Positions 24,581 through 38,060 of a DNA stretch of 64,000 nt are shown here, piece by piece. The translations under genes were made by a program, and so were the position numbers. Origin of the DNA: Squalus acanthias (Eukaryota); contig CM059433.1 of NCBI GenBank assembly GCA_030390025.1, forward strand, positions 20,834,001 through 20,898,000, read 5' to 3'. The notes under the pieces were generated by a model. The model was not told where the DNA came from, ran no database searches, and saw only the letters and a list, made by a program, of their open reading frames with translations. Every line of letters starts with the position of its first letter. Positions within the stretch are counted from its first letter, which is position 1.

Positions 24581-26430
24581 TTCTATAAATATGTAAAAAG
24601 AAAGAGGTTAGTAAAAACAAACGTAGGTCCCCTGCAGTCGGAAACAGGGCAAGTCGTAATGGGGAACAAGGAAATGGCAGATCAATTGAACAAGTACTTT
24701 GGTTCGGTGTTTACTGTGGAGGACACACACAACCTGCCGGAAATAAAAGGGGTCAGAGGATCTGGTAAGAGGGAGGAGCTGAGGGAAATCCTTATTAGTC
24801 GGGAAAAGGTATTGGGGAAATTGATGGGACTGAAGGCTGAAAAATCCCCGGGGCCTGATGGTCTGCATCCCAGAGTACTTAAGGAGGTGGCCTTGGAAAT
24901 AGTGGATGCATTGACGATCATTTTCCAACATTCCTTAGACTCTGGATCAGTTCCGATGGAGTGGAGGGTGGCCAATGTAACCCCTCTTTTTAAAAAAGGA
25001 GGGAGGGAGAAAGCAGGGAATTATAGACCGGTCAGCCTGACATCGGTCGTGGGTAAAATGATGGAAGCAATTATTAAAGATGTCATAACAGACCATTTGG
25101 AAAGTGGCGACATGATAGGTCCAAGTCAGCATGGATTTGTGAAAGGGAAATCATGCTTGACAAATCTTCTGGAATTTTTTGAGGATGTTTCCAATAGGGT
25201 GGACAGGGGGGAACCAGTAGATGTGGTGTATTTGGACTTTCAGAAGGCCTTCGACAAGGTCCCACACAAGAGATTGGTGAGCAAAGTTAAAGCACATGGG
25301 ATTGGGGGTAATGTGTTGACGTGGATTGAGAACTGGTTGGCACACAGGAAACAAAGAGTAGGAGTAAATGGGTACTTTTCAGAATGGCAGGCAGTGACCA
25401 GCGGGGTACCGCAGGGTTCGGTGCTGGGACCCCAGCTGTTTACATTATATATTAATGATTTGGACGAAGGGATTAAATGTAATATCTCCAAATTTGCGGA
25501 TGACACTAAATTGGGAGGCAGTGTGAACAATGAGGAGGATGCTAGGAGGCTACAGAGTGACTTGGACAGGTTGGGTGAATGGGCAAATGTATGGCAGATG
25601 AAGTACAATGTGGATAAATGTGAGGTTATCCACTTTGGTGGTAAAAATAGAGAGGCGGACTATTACCTGAATGGTGGCAGATTAGGGAAAGGGGAGGTGC
25701 AACGAGACCTGGGCGTCATGGTACATCAGTCACTGAAGGTGGGAATGCAAGTGCAGCAGGCAGTCAAGAAAGCAAACGGAATGATGGCCTTCATAGTAAG
25801 GGGATTTGAGTACAGGAGTAGGGAGGTGATGCTGCAGTTGTACAGGGCCTTGGTGAGGCCACACCTGGAGTATTGTGCGCAGTTTTGGTCTCCTAACTTA
25901 AGGAAGGACATTCTTGCTATTGAGGGAGTGCAGCAAAGGTTCACTAGATTGATTCCTGGGATGGCCGGACTGACATATCAAGAAAGATTGGGTCAACTGA
26001 ACTTGTATCCTCTGGAGTTCAGAAGAATGAGGGGGGATCTTATAGAGACATTTAAAATCCTGACTGGTTTAGACAAATTAGATGCGGGCAGAATGTTCCC
26101 AATGTTAGGGAAAACTAGAACCAGGGGTCACAGTCTAAGGATTAAGGGGAAGCCATTTAAGACTGAGCTGAGGAGGAACTTCTTCACCCAGAGAGTGGTG
26201 AATCTGTGGAATTCTCTTCCACAGAAGGTTGTTGAGGCCAGTTCGCTAAATATATTCAAAAGGGAGTTAGATATAACACTCACAACTAGGGGGATCAAGG
26301 GGTATGGCGAGAAAGCAGGAATGGGGTACTGAGGTAGCATGTTCAGCCATGAACGCATTGAATGGCGGTGCAGGCTCGAAGGACCGAATGGTCTACTCCT
26401 GTACCTATTTTCTATGTTTCTATGTTTCTA
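24581..26430 (+). mobile_element. 5'-truncated CR1 with open RT frame (stop at 26332)
   Basis: ORF 24503-26332 is CR1-like from FYKYVKRKR onward with an uninterrupted RT; tail (TTTCTATG)n. Confidence 0.95.
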
Positions 26431-26629
26431 ACTAAATTGTAAATATTTTTTATGTAGTGGTTCTTTCATTTTCTTTTTCTCACCAGCTACAGAAGTTATC
26501 CGACCAAACCAAAATCTTAAGAGCTTCCAAACGGACTCTATTCAAACTGGCCAGAAAGACACTGATTTGAAAAAACATTTGAAAAAAATATTTATACACA
26601 CAGATATATATTATATAAAATATATGTTT

Positions 26630-26850
26630 CAGAAAAAGCAGCTTTGCATTTATATAGTGCCTTTCACGTCTTCATGGCATTCCAAAGTGCTTTACAGCCA
26701 ATGAATTGTGTGGTCATTGTCGGCAAATGAGGCAGCAAGACTCCACAAACAACAGATGAGATGAATAACTAATTACTCTCTTGTTAGTGGTGTTGTTTGA
26801 GGGAGGAATCTTAGTCAGGACACCAGAACAACATTCCTCCCTCAACCAAC
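26630..26850 (-). mobile_element. DeuSINE 3' portion
   Basis: ttgcatttatatagtgcctttcacg..aagtgctttacagccaatgaa..caggacacc. Confidence 0.7.
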
Positions 26851-27382
26851 ACCAACTGCAGGAATGCTTCTCATGATTTTTGGTAAATTTATTTGGATGG
26901 ATGGACAGTGATGGGGGGCTGTGCCATGATCTCCTGTTGTTTTTCTCCAAGTAGACTAGGCTCCCCCCCCCAAAAGTCTGCTTGTGTAAAATCGGCACTC
27001 AAATATCTTACTATTTCTCTAATTTTTGATATTAATACTAGCATTGTTCCTCAGAACCTAAGGTCCAAAAATGCTGATGAGCGTGTTCTCTTCTTCCCGC
27101 AGCTGAAGAAATGAGTGATGTTTTTTCACCTGGAGTGCACGTGTCCCAGAACACATTTCTCTCGGGCACTATGGTATTTAAACAACTGCACTCCCCCTAT
27201 GACTTCAGTCCAGGCTCCTGCTGCTGATTTTACATCTCCTTTCCCTGAAGTTATCCTGCTGGGCTGTCTACTATTTTAACTCAGCAGTAAGTTTTTGGAC
27301 TCCAGTCAGGAGGGACAGCATTGGAAGAGCAGAGTGCGTTCTTATTCACCATCACATCAGCACTCTCATTTAAACAAAAAAA

Positions 27383-27590
27383 TTCTGGGGATGTGGGCAT
27401 CGCTGGCAAGGTTGGCATTTATTGCCCATCCCTAGTTGCCCTGAGAAGGTGGTGGTGGTCCCACTGAGTGTCTTACTAGGCCACTTCAGAGGGCAGTTAA
27501 GAGTCAACCATGCTGATGTGGAACTGGAGTCACATATAGGCCAGACCGGTTAAGGGCAGTAGGTTTCCTTCCCTAATGGACCAGTTGGGA
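27383..27590 (-). mobile_element. 3' tail of second LINE family joined to another repeat segment
   Basis: gggatgtgggcatcgctggcaagg..tttattgcccatccctagttgccc is the reverse complement of the 59440-59520 tail. Confidence 0.7.
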
Positions 27591-29159
27591 ATTTTTATCC
27601 CACAGCTCTCCATTCTGATGACCTACTTCATTCCGGGCTCTCACTGATGATTTAAATGGGAGACAGACCATCTCTTCCTTTCCTTCTCTTCTGTAATTAC
27701 ATTGATCGTGACAAATATCACGATGAAATGCTTAATCCGGTTGTGGCTCTGACATGATCTGATTTCTGAGTGGTGCATTCAGTTTACTGAAGACCAGTTT
27801 TAATAAAGAATTAATAAGGAACATATTATTTCAGCACATAAAGGATTGGGTAGCTTTGTATTTCTCCTTTTGGTTGTAATTACTATGCACTATTCAAATG
27901 CAGCCTTTTAAAGTTCTGAGAATCTTTTATGCCAAGACGACTATAAAGTACAATAAACCCCAAATTAATATGGTGCATTTTTCTGAAGTTAATCCTTTGA
28001 TTAAAACCAACAATATATTTCTTGTACCTCATTGAGAAACAAAGGGTTTTAGAAATAATTATTTCATTTTTTTGTCCTTAATTTGTCCCTCTTGTGAGAG
28101 GAGAGTTTATGCTAAATTTTCAGACAGAAATGCAGATGTCGAGGTACTCCATCTCCAGGGAAACCTCTTGAGTGTTAGCTGCAAAAACTGAACAAATACT
28201 CCAGAGAGCTTTAAAACAAAAACCACATATCTACCTGGAAATGAGACAGCATGTGAAGTTCAATTTGCCTTCTTTTGTTGAGGTTGTCGAGGGGGGCCAA
28301 CCGAGGCAGGGAGACTCTTCAGTCGAAACCTTTGAATTTTCAGCAGACCACAAATTTAAAGCTGAAACCCAAGATAAATGAAATTGCTCTTCTGAGGATT
28401 TGGAGTGATTCTTTTTAATTTAGGTTCCCTGCCCACAATTTCTACTTGTAGAATTGTCGCATTTCACATCAGTTCTTTTCATTCAGCTCAATACGATTTC
28501 AGATGTATTGCTGGTGCACTGTGTGAAGAAATTATCAGCTGGAGTAAAAGAATAAAGCTACTTCTCTCTTGGCTGGTAACAAAAAGAACTGATGAATTGG
28601 TTGGCCCTACTCATTTCAAAATTACCCACCAAATTTCCAGGTGAAAATTGCTTTCCAGCCCTCGGACCCAGAACCTCAATGATGCATTTTGGTTGCACAG
28701 CGATTCACATTTAGCATTTGTTACCCTTTAAGCAGATAAATTACCCAAAGCAGTGGTTAAAAAAAAGTAGAAAGACATTGAGGGGTGTAAATTCCTTGCT
28801 TTCTGCAATAACTTATATTACAAGACAAAAAATGAAACAAATTTGTGAAAACAGAGAGAGAGAAAACTTTCAAATGCATTCAGTACATTAATGAATAATG
28901 AGGAACCCAATCACGTCATGGGTTTGCAAAAGATATCTGTATGGTTCTAACATGAATTTGAGAGCAAAGAAAAAAAACTTTTAACATTTCCATTAGACTT
29001 TTTATTAATGAACACAGGTGCAAGAATCATTGCTTTTGAGAATCTGTGCATTCTGTCCAACTGGCAACAATTTTCATTTCACTACTGCCTTGTTTATGCC
29101 AAAAAAAAGGGGCAGCGGCAGTACAAGGTAATGTGAGACACTGAACCGTTGAGTTCAAA

Positions 29160-29608
29160 GAACGAAAGACTTTCATTTATATCGCACCTTGCACGATCTC
29201 CGGCTGTCCCAAAGCGCTTTACAGCCAATTAAGCACTTTTCAGGTGCAGTCACTGTTGTAACGTAGGAAACGCAGCAGCCAATTTGCGCACAGCAAGCTC
29301 CCACAAACAGCAATGTGATAATGACCAGGTAATCTGTTTTTTAGTGATGTTGGTTCAGAGGTAAATATTGGCCAGGACACTGGGATAACACCCCCGATCT
29401 TTAAAATAGCGTCTTGGGATCTTTTACGTCCACGGGGCCTCAGTTTAATGTCTCATCCAAAAGACAGCAACTCTGGCAGTGCAGCACTCCCACAGCACTG
29501 CACTGGAGTGTCAGCCTGGATTATGTCCTCAAGTCCCTGGAGTGGGACTTGAACCCACAACCTTCTGACTCAGAGGCGAGAGTGCTACCAACTGAGCCAC
29601 GGCTGACA
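29160..29608 (-). mobile_element. Full-length DeuSINE (SacSINE1-like)
   Basis: Reverse complement of the 11672 copy, including A and B boxes. Confidence 0.9.
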
Positions 29609-29961
29609 ATGTGGCGCCACTGGTTGTCCGCCTGTTCCAATTTTTGGGCAGACCTTGATTTAGGTGGGAAACAGGCCAAATGCCATTGTCAACACCCCTA
29701 ACGGTATTATTCTCTCTGCCCACATTGCTACCACTAGTTCTTGATCCTGCCCACCAACCATGGGTGGCACAAGTCGGGAGGTGGCCATTTCCAACAATAT
29801 TTAAAGGCATCCTCAGCTGCTCCCAGGTAAAACACTGGAAAGTTTTGGAAGATATTTGCTTGTATGACATTGTGTTTTTTTTGCTACTTGCACCATTTCA
29901 AAGTGTTTGTAGTGGCTGTGGAACACTCCAAAGGGCTTCTGGAAAGAGCACTTTCCCCTCC

Positions 29962-31416
29962 ATGGGGGAGGGGTGGGGGGTGGGCTGGCAATTCTACCTT
30001 GGCAAAAGAAGAAGGAAGAGCAGCAACAGGAGGAAGATGCAATCCGAGTTGTAGTTGCAGGGAAAGCAAATAGAAGGAAGTGCGTTCACAGGAATCTGTA
30101 CCCTCTGAACAGAGCTCGTCGGCCCAGGGCAAGGTATCTGCAGCTCTCTGAGGAGCAAAGCATAAGGAAGGCTGGCATGAGTGCCCTGTATGATCGCGGT
30201 ATGCTGTATGCTGCGTAACTTGGTTCTGCAACGGGGACAACACATGGAGCCACCACTGGACAGCATGATGAGGAAGACGCTACTGATGACATAGAAGATG
30301 GTGAGAAAGCGGGAGGGCTCCAACAGTTACCTGCAGCCAAAGCTCTTCAGCAGCAGCTCATTGAAAGCACTTGAGATGAATGATCCCTGATCCCCTGCAT
30401 TAACAGCCATGTATCTCCTGCAGTCCTTCCACCCTCAAATAAACAGAATCTGCCCAAGATTAACATTAGTATTCATGCCAACTAACATTGCAGGGCTGCC
30501 AGCTACTACAGGAGCACTCTGTGCATACAAAGATTTATAATTTTCATGTCACAGAGATCTCTTGCTTCCAGCAAGAAGTCCTGCAATCTACTGGAACAGC
30601 TAACACTGCATTGTCTGTTGCATTCAATGTCTCTGCAGGCCTCAACTTCTTCGTGCCCTGCTCCTGCCAGGCTACCACAGGGGATATCAGTAAAACCTGT
30701 CAGTCTGCAGTTCATGGTTGCATTAAGCATGTGACTGATGCCATGTTTGTTAAAGTCAGGACTTCCATCATATCACCATGGGCAATGGGAACGCAACAGA
30801 ATGGGGCACGGAGATTCACCCAGATTGCAGGCTACCCCCAGGTCCAGGGCCTCATTGACTGCACCCACAGCGGGCTCTTTTTATGTTCCCAGTGCCTTCA
30901 TGAGTCGCAAGGACTTCCACTTAATTAACGTGCAACTGGTGTGCTTTCACCAGCAGCTTGTCGTGCAGGTCTGCAACCACTTTCCTGGGAGTTGCCATGA
31001 AGCACATTGTGGCAAATATCTAATTCCCAGTCTTTGCTCCTGCACAGCAAGTAAGAGGCTGGTGGATTGGGGAAAAGGGATAACCCTGCACATTCGGCTT
31101 ATGACTCCTCTCAGGAATCCACACTTGAAGGTTGAACTGTGCTACAATAAAATCCATGGTTCATCTAGAGCCTCAATTGAGCCCACTATTAGAGTCCTCA
31201 AGCAATGCCTGGACAACTCTGGTAGCTTCTTGCAGCCCACAAAGAATGTCCCGTATGCTGCGTAACTTCATTCTGCAATGGGTACATCACATGGAGCCAC
31301 TACTGGACAAGGACCTTCAGCATGATGAGCAAGACAACACTGATGACATAGAAGATGGTGAGAAAGTGGGAGGGCTCCAACCATTACCTGTAGCTAGAGG
31401 TCTTCAGAGAGCTTGA
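29962..31416 (+). pseudogene. Decayed PIF/Harbinger (HARBI1-like) DDE transposase
   Basis: RPRARYLQLSEEQ, LNFF...QATTGDIS...QSAVHGCIKHVTDAM, AGYPQVQGLIDCTH, INVQLVC, FPGSCHE, LMTPLRNP, YNKIHGSSRASIE.TIRVLK and an acidic tail; frameshifted. Confidence 0.88.
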
Positions 31417-31632
31417 GATAAACGATCCCTGAGCCCCTGCATTAACAGACATGTCCAACATCTCTTGTAGTCCTTCGACCCTCAAATAAACTGCATCTGC
31501 CCAATGACCAACATTGGTATGTATTCATATCAACTAACATTGCAGGGTTGCCAGCTACTACATGAGCACTCTCTGCCCACAAAAATTTCAAAAAGAATTC
31601 TAATTTTCATACCTTATATAAATCCTTACTCA

Positions 31633-32340
31633 CTAATTATCACCCTGGTGTGAGCCCATTGTGCTTTCCTTAGGTGCTCTCTTGCCAGCTGGAGTGCTCC
31701 TATGAGGTGCTCCCCCAGTGGCTGCAGCATGGGAGGTGAAGGGCTGCTGTGGCTCAGTCAAGACCTCTTGAGTGGCGTGTGGTTGATGACCCCTAGCAGC
31801 TTGGGGCTGAGAGGGCCCAGCTGCAAACTGCAGCAATTCGGCAGTTACCAGGCAGGCTAGCCCGGCTCGCTTTATAGCACCAGGGTTGGCGTTGGTTGCG
31901 GGGGGGGGCGGTCATGAGAGTCCAGGCATGTTGCCATCTCAGAGATGTTCCATTCCTATTGCACGAGTTACCCTGCCATCGGGCCGCGGCTCAGCACTCC
32001 CGCTGATCTGCGGGAGAGCGAACTACAAGGAGGTGTTAATCTGACTGAAAGCCCTATCCATTCAGTTTCCCGACCTGTCCAAGACAGAGGAGATAGTTGA
32101 GCCCACAGCCTGCTTGGCTGAAATATAAGCATTCCTACGCAATGCTATTAACTCTTGCAGGGTGGGCCCAGCTGCAGCATCCACGGCGATGACCACACAT
32201 TCCATGGCTGATTGCAGAGTGCTGATGCCATGCGCCAGAACCCTACACAAGCTGGGAGTGGACTCTGCCGCCCTCTCTGATGTAAAGCGGAAACTCAAGT
32301 GCGGGTAAAACCAATGCATTGAGCAGTTGCTGGTGCACAG
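31633..32340 (-). pseudogene. Possible remnant of the convergent second ORF of the Harbinger element
   Basis: Ala/Ser/Gln-rich minus-strand ORF fragments converging on the transposase 3' end, the usual Harbinger layout; no Myb motif seen here. Confidence 0.35.
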
Positions 32341-32639
32341 AAAGTATATTTCTTGTAAAGGCTGGGCCCCTGGGCATTTCCCCTCTTTAGCAGAGTTAGG
32401 ATGAGAGGTGGCCGTTCGGTGAGCTGCCCCTTGCTGTCCTTTTCACCTGCTCCTGCTCACCTTGAGCAACAAATTTCCACCCCAAGATATTATAGTCTGC
32501 TTGTGGGTAAGCATTTATTGTAAGGTTTCTTTATCAATGGGCGTCGGCATCAAAACAGTGAATTTCATTACAAGAGTTTAGACTTCACTAACTTAAGGAA
32601 GAATTTTATAGCTCATTGGGAAACTCTGGATTTCATGGC

Positions 32640-32792
32640 GCTCTCTCTCCACTCCCCCCCCCCTTCCTCCCTCTCCCCCTCTCTTTCTCACTTCTCCTCT
32701 CTCTCTCTCTCTCCCCCTCACCCCTCTCTCTCTCCCCTCTTCTCTCTCTCTCTTCCCCTCTTTCCTCTACCCATCTCACTCTTCTCTCCCCC
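32640..32792. repeat. Polypyrimidine (CT)-rich low-complexity tract
   Basis: About 150 bp almost entirely C/T. Confidence 0.9.
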
Positions 32793-32874
32793 AATGGTAG
32801 GGAGAATCCCCATGGAAATTCCTGCTGATAATCTCGGCTGCTACTCCAGTGAATACCAAAAGATTTCTGCATTT

Positions 32875-33150
32875 TCATGGATGAGATGTTAAACTGAGGG
32901 ACACATCTGCCTGTTCCAGTGGTTTGAGTGGACATTAAAGATCCCATGGCATGAATCAAAGAAGAGCATGACGTTCTGATAACCTCATCAATGTTCCTCC
33001 CTCAACCAACACCACCAAATACAGATGAATTTGTCATTCATTTCATTATTTTGCACAAAATGTATTTGGTAGTTAACGGCAGTTGCTGTACTTCAAAGAA
33101 ATTTGCATGTGAAGTGCCTTGAGATGTCTCCAGGAGATGTGATGAGGTGC
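32875..33150 (+). mobile_element. Diverged DeuSINE central/3' fragment
   Basis: ggatgagatgttaaactgagg..taaagatcccatggca..ccctcaaccaac. Confidence 0.7.
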
Positions 33151-33328
33151 TTGTTACAAGTTTCAAATCTACCTTAGATATTCTCTTGGCTTTAGTGATG
33201 TTGTTTATCCCAAGTGAGCAGTCTGAGTGCCTTAGGTTCACCAGTAAACCCATACTGACTAATATCTATCTACATAATAGCGTAATCCAGAGGTGCAACA
33301 ATAGGACACCCATGTGATCTTAACTTGC

Positions 33329-33465
33329 GTCAGCCTTGGCTCAGTGCGTGTGAGTAGTGAGTTCAAGCCCCACTCCAAAGACTTGAGCACATAATCTAAG
33401 CTGACACTTCAGTGTCAGACTGAGAGAGTGCTGCACTGTCGGAGGTGCCATCTTTCGGATGAGAT
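33329..33465 (+). mobile_element. DeuSINE 5' fragment
   Basis: gtcagccttggctcagtg..gttcaagccccactcca..gtgctgcactgtcggaggtgcc. Confidence 0.75.
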
Positions 33466-33540
33466 ATATGCAGATTATAATAATATATGTAGAGTTATTC
33501 AATAAATATACTTGGTAGTAAAATCATGAAGTCAACGGGA

Positions 33541-35090
33541 ATAAGAACATAAGAACATAAGAAATAGGAGCAGGAGTAGGCCATGTGGCCCCTCGAGCCT
33601 GCTCCGCCATTCAATGAGATCATGGCTGATCTGATCTTGGGCTCAGCTCCATTTCCCTGCCCGCTCCCCATAACCCATCACTTCCTTATTGTTCAAAAAT
33701 CTGTCTATCTCCACCTTAAATATATTCAATGACCCAGCCTCCACAGCTCTCTGGGGCAGAGAATTCCACAGATTTACAACCATCTGAGAGAAGAAATTCC
33801 TCCTCATCTCAGTTTTAAATGGGCCCCTTATTCTGAAACTATGCCCCCTAGTTCTAGAAGAGGGGGAAACATCTTCTCTGCATCTACGCTGTCAAGCCCC
33901 CTCAGTATCTTATATGTTTCAATAAGATCACCTCTCATTCTTCTAAACTCCAATGAGTATAGGCCCAACCTGCTCAACCTTTCTTCATAAGTCAACTCCT
34001 TCTTCTCAGGAATCAACCTCATGAACCTTCTCTGAACTGCCTCCAATGCAAGTATATCCTTCCTTAAATAAACTGTAATTAACCAAAACTGTACGCAGTA
34101 CTCAAGGTGTGGTCTCACCAATACCCTGTACAGTTGTAGCAGGACTTCCCTGCTTTTATACTCCAGCCCCCTTGCAATAAAGGCCAACATTCCATTTGCC
34201 TACCTGATTACTTGCTGTACCTGCATGCTAACTTTTTGTGTTTCATGCACAAGGACCCCCAGGTCCCTCTGTACTGCAGCATTTTGTAATCTCTCTCCAT
34301 TTAAATAATAATTTGCTTTTTTATTTTTCTTACCAAAGTGGATAACCTCACACTTCCCACATTATACTCCATCTGCCAAATGTTTGCCCACTCACTTAGC
34401 CTGTCTGTATCCCTTTGCAGATTTGTGTCCTCTTCACAACTTGCTTTCCCACCTATCTTTGTATCATCAGCAAATTTGGCTACATTACACTTGGTCCCTT
34501 CATCCAAGTCATTATTATAGATTGTAAATAGTTGAGGCCCCAGCACTGATCCCTGTGGCACCCCACTAGTTACCGTTTGCCAACTGGAAAATGACCCATT
34601 TATCCCGACTCTCTGTTTTCTGTTAGTTAGCCAATCTTCTATCCATGCTAATATATTACCCCCAGCCCCGTGAGCTCTTATCTTGTGCAGTAACCTATTA
34701 TGTGGCACCTTATCGAATGTCTTTTGGAAATCCAAATACACGACATCTACTGGTTCCCCATTATCCACCCTACTCGTTACATCCTCAAAGAACTCCAGCA
34801 AATTTGTCAAACATGATTTCCCTTTCATAAAACCATGCTGACTCTGCTTAACTGTATTATGATTTTCTAAATGTCCTGCTACTGCTTCCTTAATAATGGA
34901 CTCCAGCATTTTCCCAGTGACAGATGTTAGGCTAACTGGTCTATAGTTTCCTGCTTTCTGGCTCCCTCCCTTCTTAAATAGGGGCGTTACATTTGCGGTT
35001 TTCCAGTCCGCTGGGACCTCTCCAGAATCCAGGGAATTTTGGTAGATTGCAACCAATGCATCCACTATCTCTGCAGCCACCTCTTTTAAG
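33541..35090 (-). mobile_element. 5'-truncated CR1 LINE (RT region and 3' UTR)
   Basis: ORFs 34301-35131 and 33828-34190 carry CR1 RT motifs; (CATAAGAA)n tail at 33541. Confidence 0.95.
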
Positions 35091-35984
35091 AATAAGTTAC
35101 ATAACTGTAAAACAAGCACCAGATCAAACAACTAAGTCGTTGAGCAAAATGCTTAGTTTTTGTTTACGTTACAAATGACAACAGATGCCGACTGAGACTT
35201 CAAAAAGTGATGGTATCCTGTACACTTGCTTTCCCCCAAATTTTGTTTCCTCTAACTACATTACATACAAGTGATTCTGAATTTTGGCGTTAACTTGACT
35301 GACAGTCACACATTTTACTTGATAGACTAGTTAATACATGGACAAGTGCAAGTTTTGCTATTGTCATCTGGTACTGTGGTAGTTGGCACTGCAGGTTCTT
35401 TTTTAACAATGCCATAAACAGAGCCGAGTTGTTTTGTGGTTGTATGCAGACATTTTCCTTATTGTCTAACGGACTTATTTGTGATTGGTACTGTACTGTG
35501 CACTCAGCTAATTCAGACTCTGTTTTACAGCGCACTGGTGACACTTAGTGCAATAAAATATTTATTAGTTGAGAAACTCATAAGTGCAGGCTGCAAAAAT
35601 TTAAATAACCTGGTATTCATTGAGGCAAGTCCACCTGTCTCTACAGCGGCGAGTCTCAAGGAGCTCATCAAGACTGCGGATCTTTCAGTGGCCATTATCA
35701 TCCTGCCATGGGTAGGACAGAATTTCCCGTACTGCTGCACAGTGTCACCAGGCCCATTTCTTATCAGCAATCTGGCTTGTTGTGTTTTCGTGAGAGTCTC
35801 TTCCATGCAAGGAAGAGCCTTTGATGCTGTGAGGTGAAGCTACCCTTTGCACCAAAAAAGTCACTCTATTATACTTATACCATTAAATTATTAATTGATA
35901 ACAAAAAATAGTGTATAAATTTGGAAAATAGCAAAACAAATGCTCTCCAAAAAAAATGACATTTACCCTCCAGTGCAATTTCAA

Positions 35985-36338
35985 AGAATCATAGAGCACA
36001 GAAGGAGGCCATTCAGCCCATCGTGCCTGTGCTAGCTCTTTGAAAGAGCTATCCAATTAGTCTCACTCCGCTGCTCTTTCGCCATAGCCCTGTAATTTTT
36101 TCCCGTTCAAGTATTTATCCAATTCCCTTCTGAAAGCCATTACTGAATCTGCTTCCACCACCCTTTCAGGCAGTGCATTCCAGATCATAACAACTCGCTG
36201 CGTAAAATAAATTCTCCTCATCACCCTTCTGGTTCTTTTGTCAATTACCTTAAATCTGTGTCTTCTGGTTAATGACCCTCGTGACAATGGAAACAGTTTC
36301 TCCGTATTTACTCGATCAAAACCCCTCATAATTTTGAA
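35985..36338 (-). mobile_element. CR1 3' fragment (different subfamily tail)
   Basis: ORF 36063-36329 FTQRVVMIWNALPERVVEA. Confidence 0.85.
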
Positions 36339-37529
36339 TTTCTGTTTTTTTTAAATTCCAAATCAAAACAAATCTGGAGTGAGTCCACCAAGTGCAAATA
36401 CGTGGCATCTAGCAAATGAACTATTATGGGAGTCATAGAGGAGACAATTTTTAAAACCCAACAAGTACATTTAGCTTCAGTGACTAGGTATTACCCTTAA
36501 TGTGCTACATCAAGGCCTATGCCACCGTCACGGGACAGCACTGCCAGGTACGGCATTACAAACTACCATAATGCCTCACAGATGGCACTCAGCATGCTCA
36601 AAGGCGGGTTTACGCATTGTCTTATCTGTACATTGACCAAGGGAATGCCCTACCACAGTGTGAACCTCAGTACAAAAAGCAGTTGGACAAATATCCTGGG
36701 GGTTCACTTAAATAAAAATCCACAAACACAATGACCAAGTATCGCCAAAAAGAACACTAGATATCATTAATGAGAACAAACTCTTTTGAGACTTTATTCT
36801 CAAATGGAATAAAACATTTTTTTATCCCAAGGTCAATGACCTTTTTCTCGATCTGAGGTCATTTCTGCTCCACCAACAAACTAATGATTCCAGTGCGTTG
36901 AATATGAAAGTGATCCAGAAACATTTTTGAGGGGGAACATGGGGTAGGAGGGAATAATGTAGCGATAAGGACTCCACTCCTTTCAATTCACTATTGCTAT
37001 TATTGACTATCTCTTAAAGCAATAGTTAATGGAAGAATGAAATTGTGCCCCTGCATTTCTAAGCATCTAACTTGTCTTATTTTGACAAAAGAAAAGCTCT
37101 AAGTTGCATCTGTGTATGTTGGCCCTCTGTATTTACTGTGTAACAGCATCTGTGAAGGTTTTACAAATTTTACAGTAATTTCCTAAGGGGCCTAGGAAGG
37201 CATATACCAGAAATCACTGTGAAAAATTGGCTTTGCAACACATCTACAAGTGTCTCATCTAGGAGATATTTGGGTGGAAAATACTTTTGAAATACTTTGA
37301 TTGCAGCATGCCTGTTCATGTCTGCTGCTTTCAACTGAGGCACCACTACAACTGTCCACTCAATGTAAGCTCCATGGAAGTGAAGAATATTGCTACTTTA
37401 GAATACAATTATACTGTACAATGCCATTCAGATGCAACAATGGCACTCACAAAACTGGAGGATATTTTATGAAGTCAGAAATGAAAACCGCTCAAAAGTA
37501 GGAGAGAGCCAAACAACATCTTGAATTTT

Positions 37530-37790
37530 GGCAAGGGATCAGACTATTGGGAAAAGGAACACTTGTTCCATTTCAAGCAGGCACTCGTTGTCAGCATCAA
37601 GCACTCTCAGCTCATGTATAACACAGGATACAAAGTCCAACTCCCCTGCCCCAACCTCTGAACAGCAGCCCCGAGTACACCAGTGTGGCCACTGGGTGAG
37701 AGTGGCAATTTTGCTGCTAATTAGTGCCAATTGGTTTACTCCAGGTATAACAATTAGCCGTAATTGCTTACTGGAGAAATGTGTTGGAAA
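37530..37790 (-). mobile_element. Ancient SINE resembling AmnSINE2/LF-SINE
   Basis: Minus strand caattggcactaattagcagcaaaattgccactctcacccagtggcca and gagtgcttgatgctgaca..gtgcc..gaaatgg..gtgttcc resemble these consensus sequences as I recall them; not verified. Confidence 0.45.
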
Positions 37791-38060
37791 GCTCACTTAA
37801 ATTTGCACAAACTAGTTTGTACAGACTAACCTGCTGTCCGGGTATATTTACAATATAAAAACAATGTAAAGAAGTAAAAATTGAACAGCACCATATTTGA
37901 GAGAGAGAACTGGAATCACCCAAAAAGAGTTGATATATCCCTTCCACTACCTTCTTAACGCTTCTTGGAATAATAGTTTATTTGGATTAGTCAGAGGAAG
38001 CTTGTCTTACTTGCAGGTGTACAGGCAGTCTTGAGGTGCATCTTTCTGGGGTGAGATGGT

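Noticed and set aside
29962..31416. Domesticated HARBI1 gene
   Set aside because: Multiple frameshifts, degenerate catalytic motifs and an internal duplication indicate a transposon fossil
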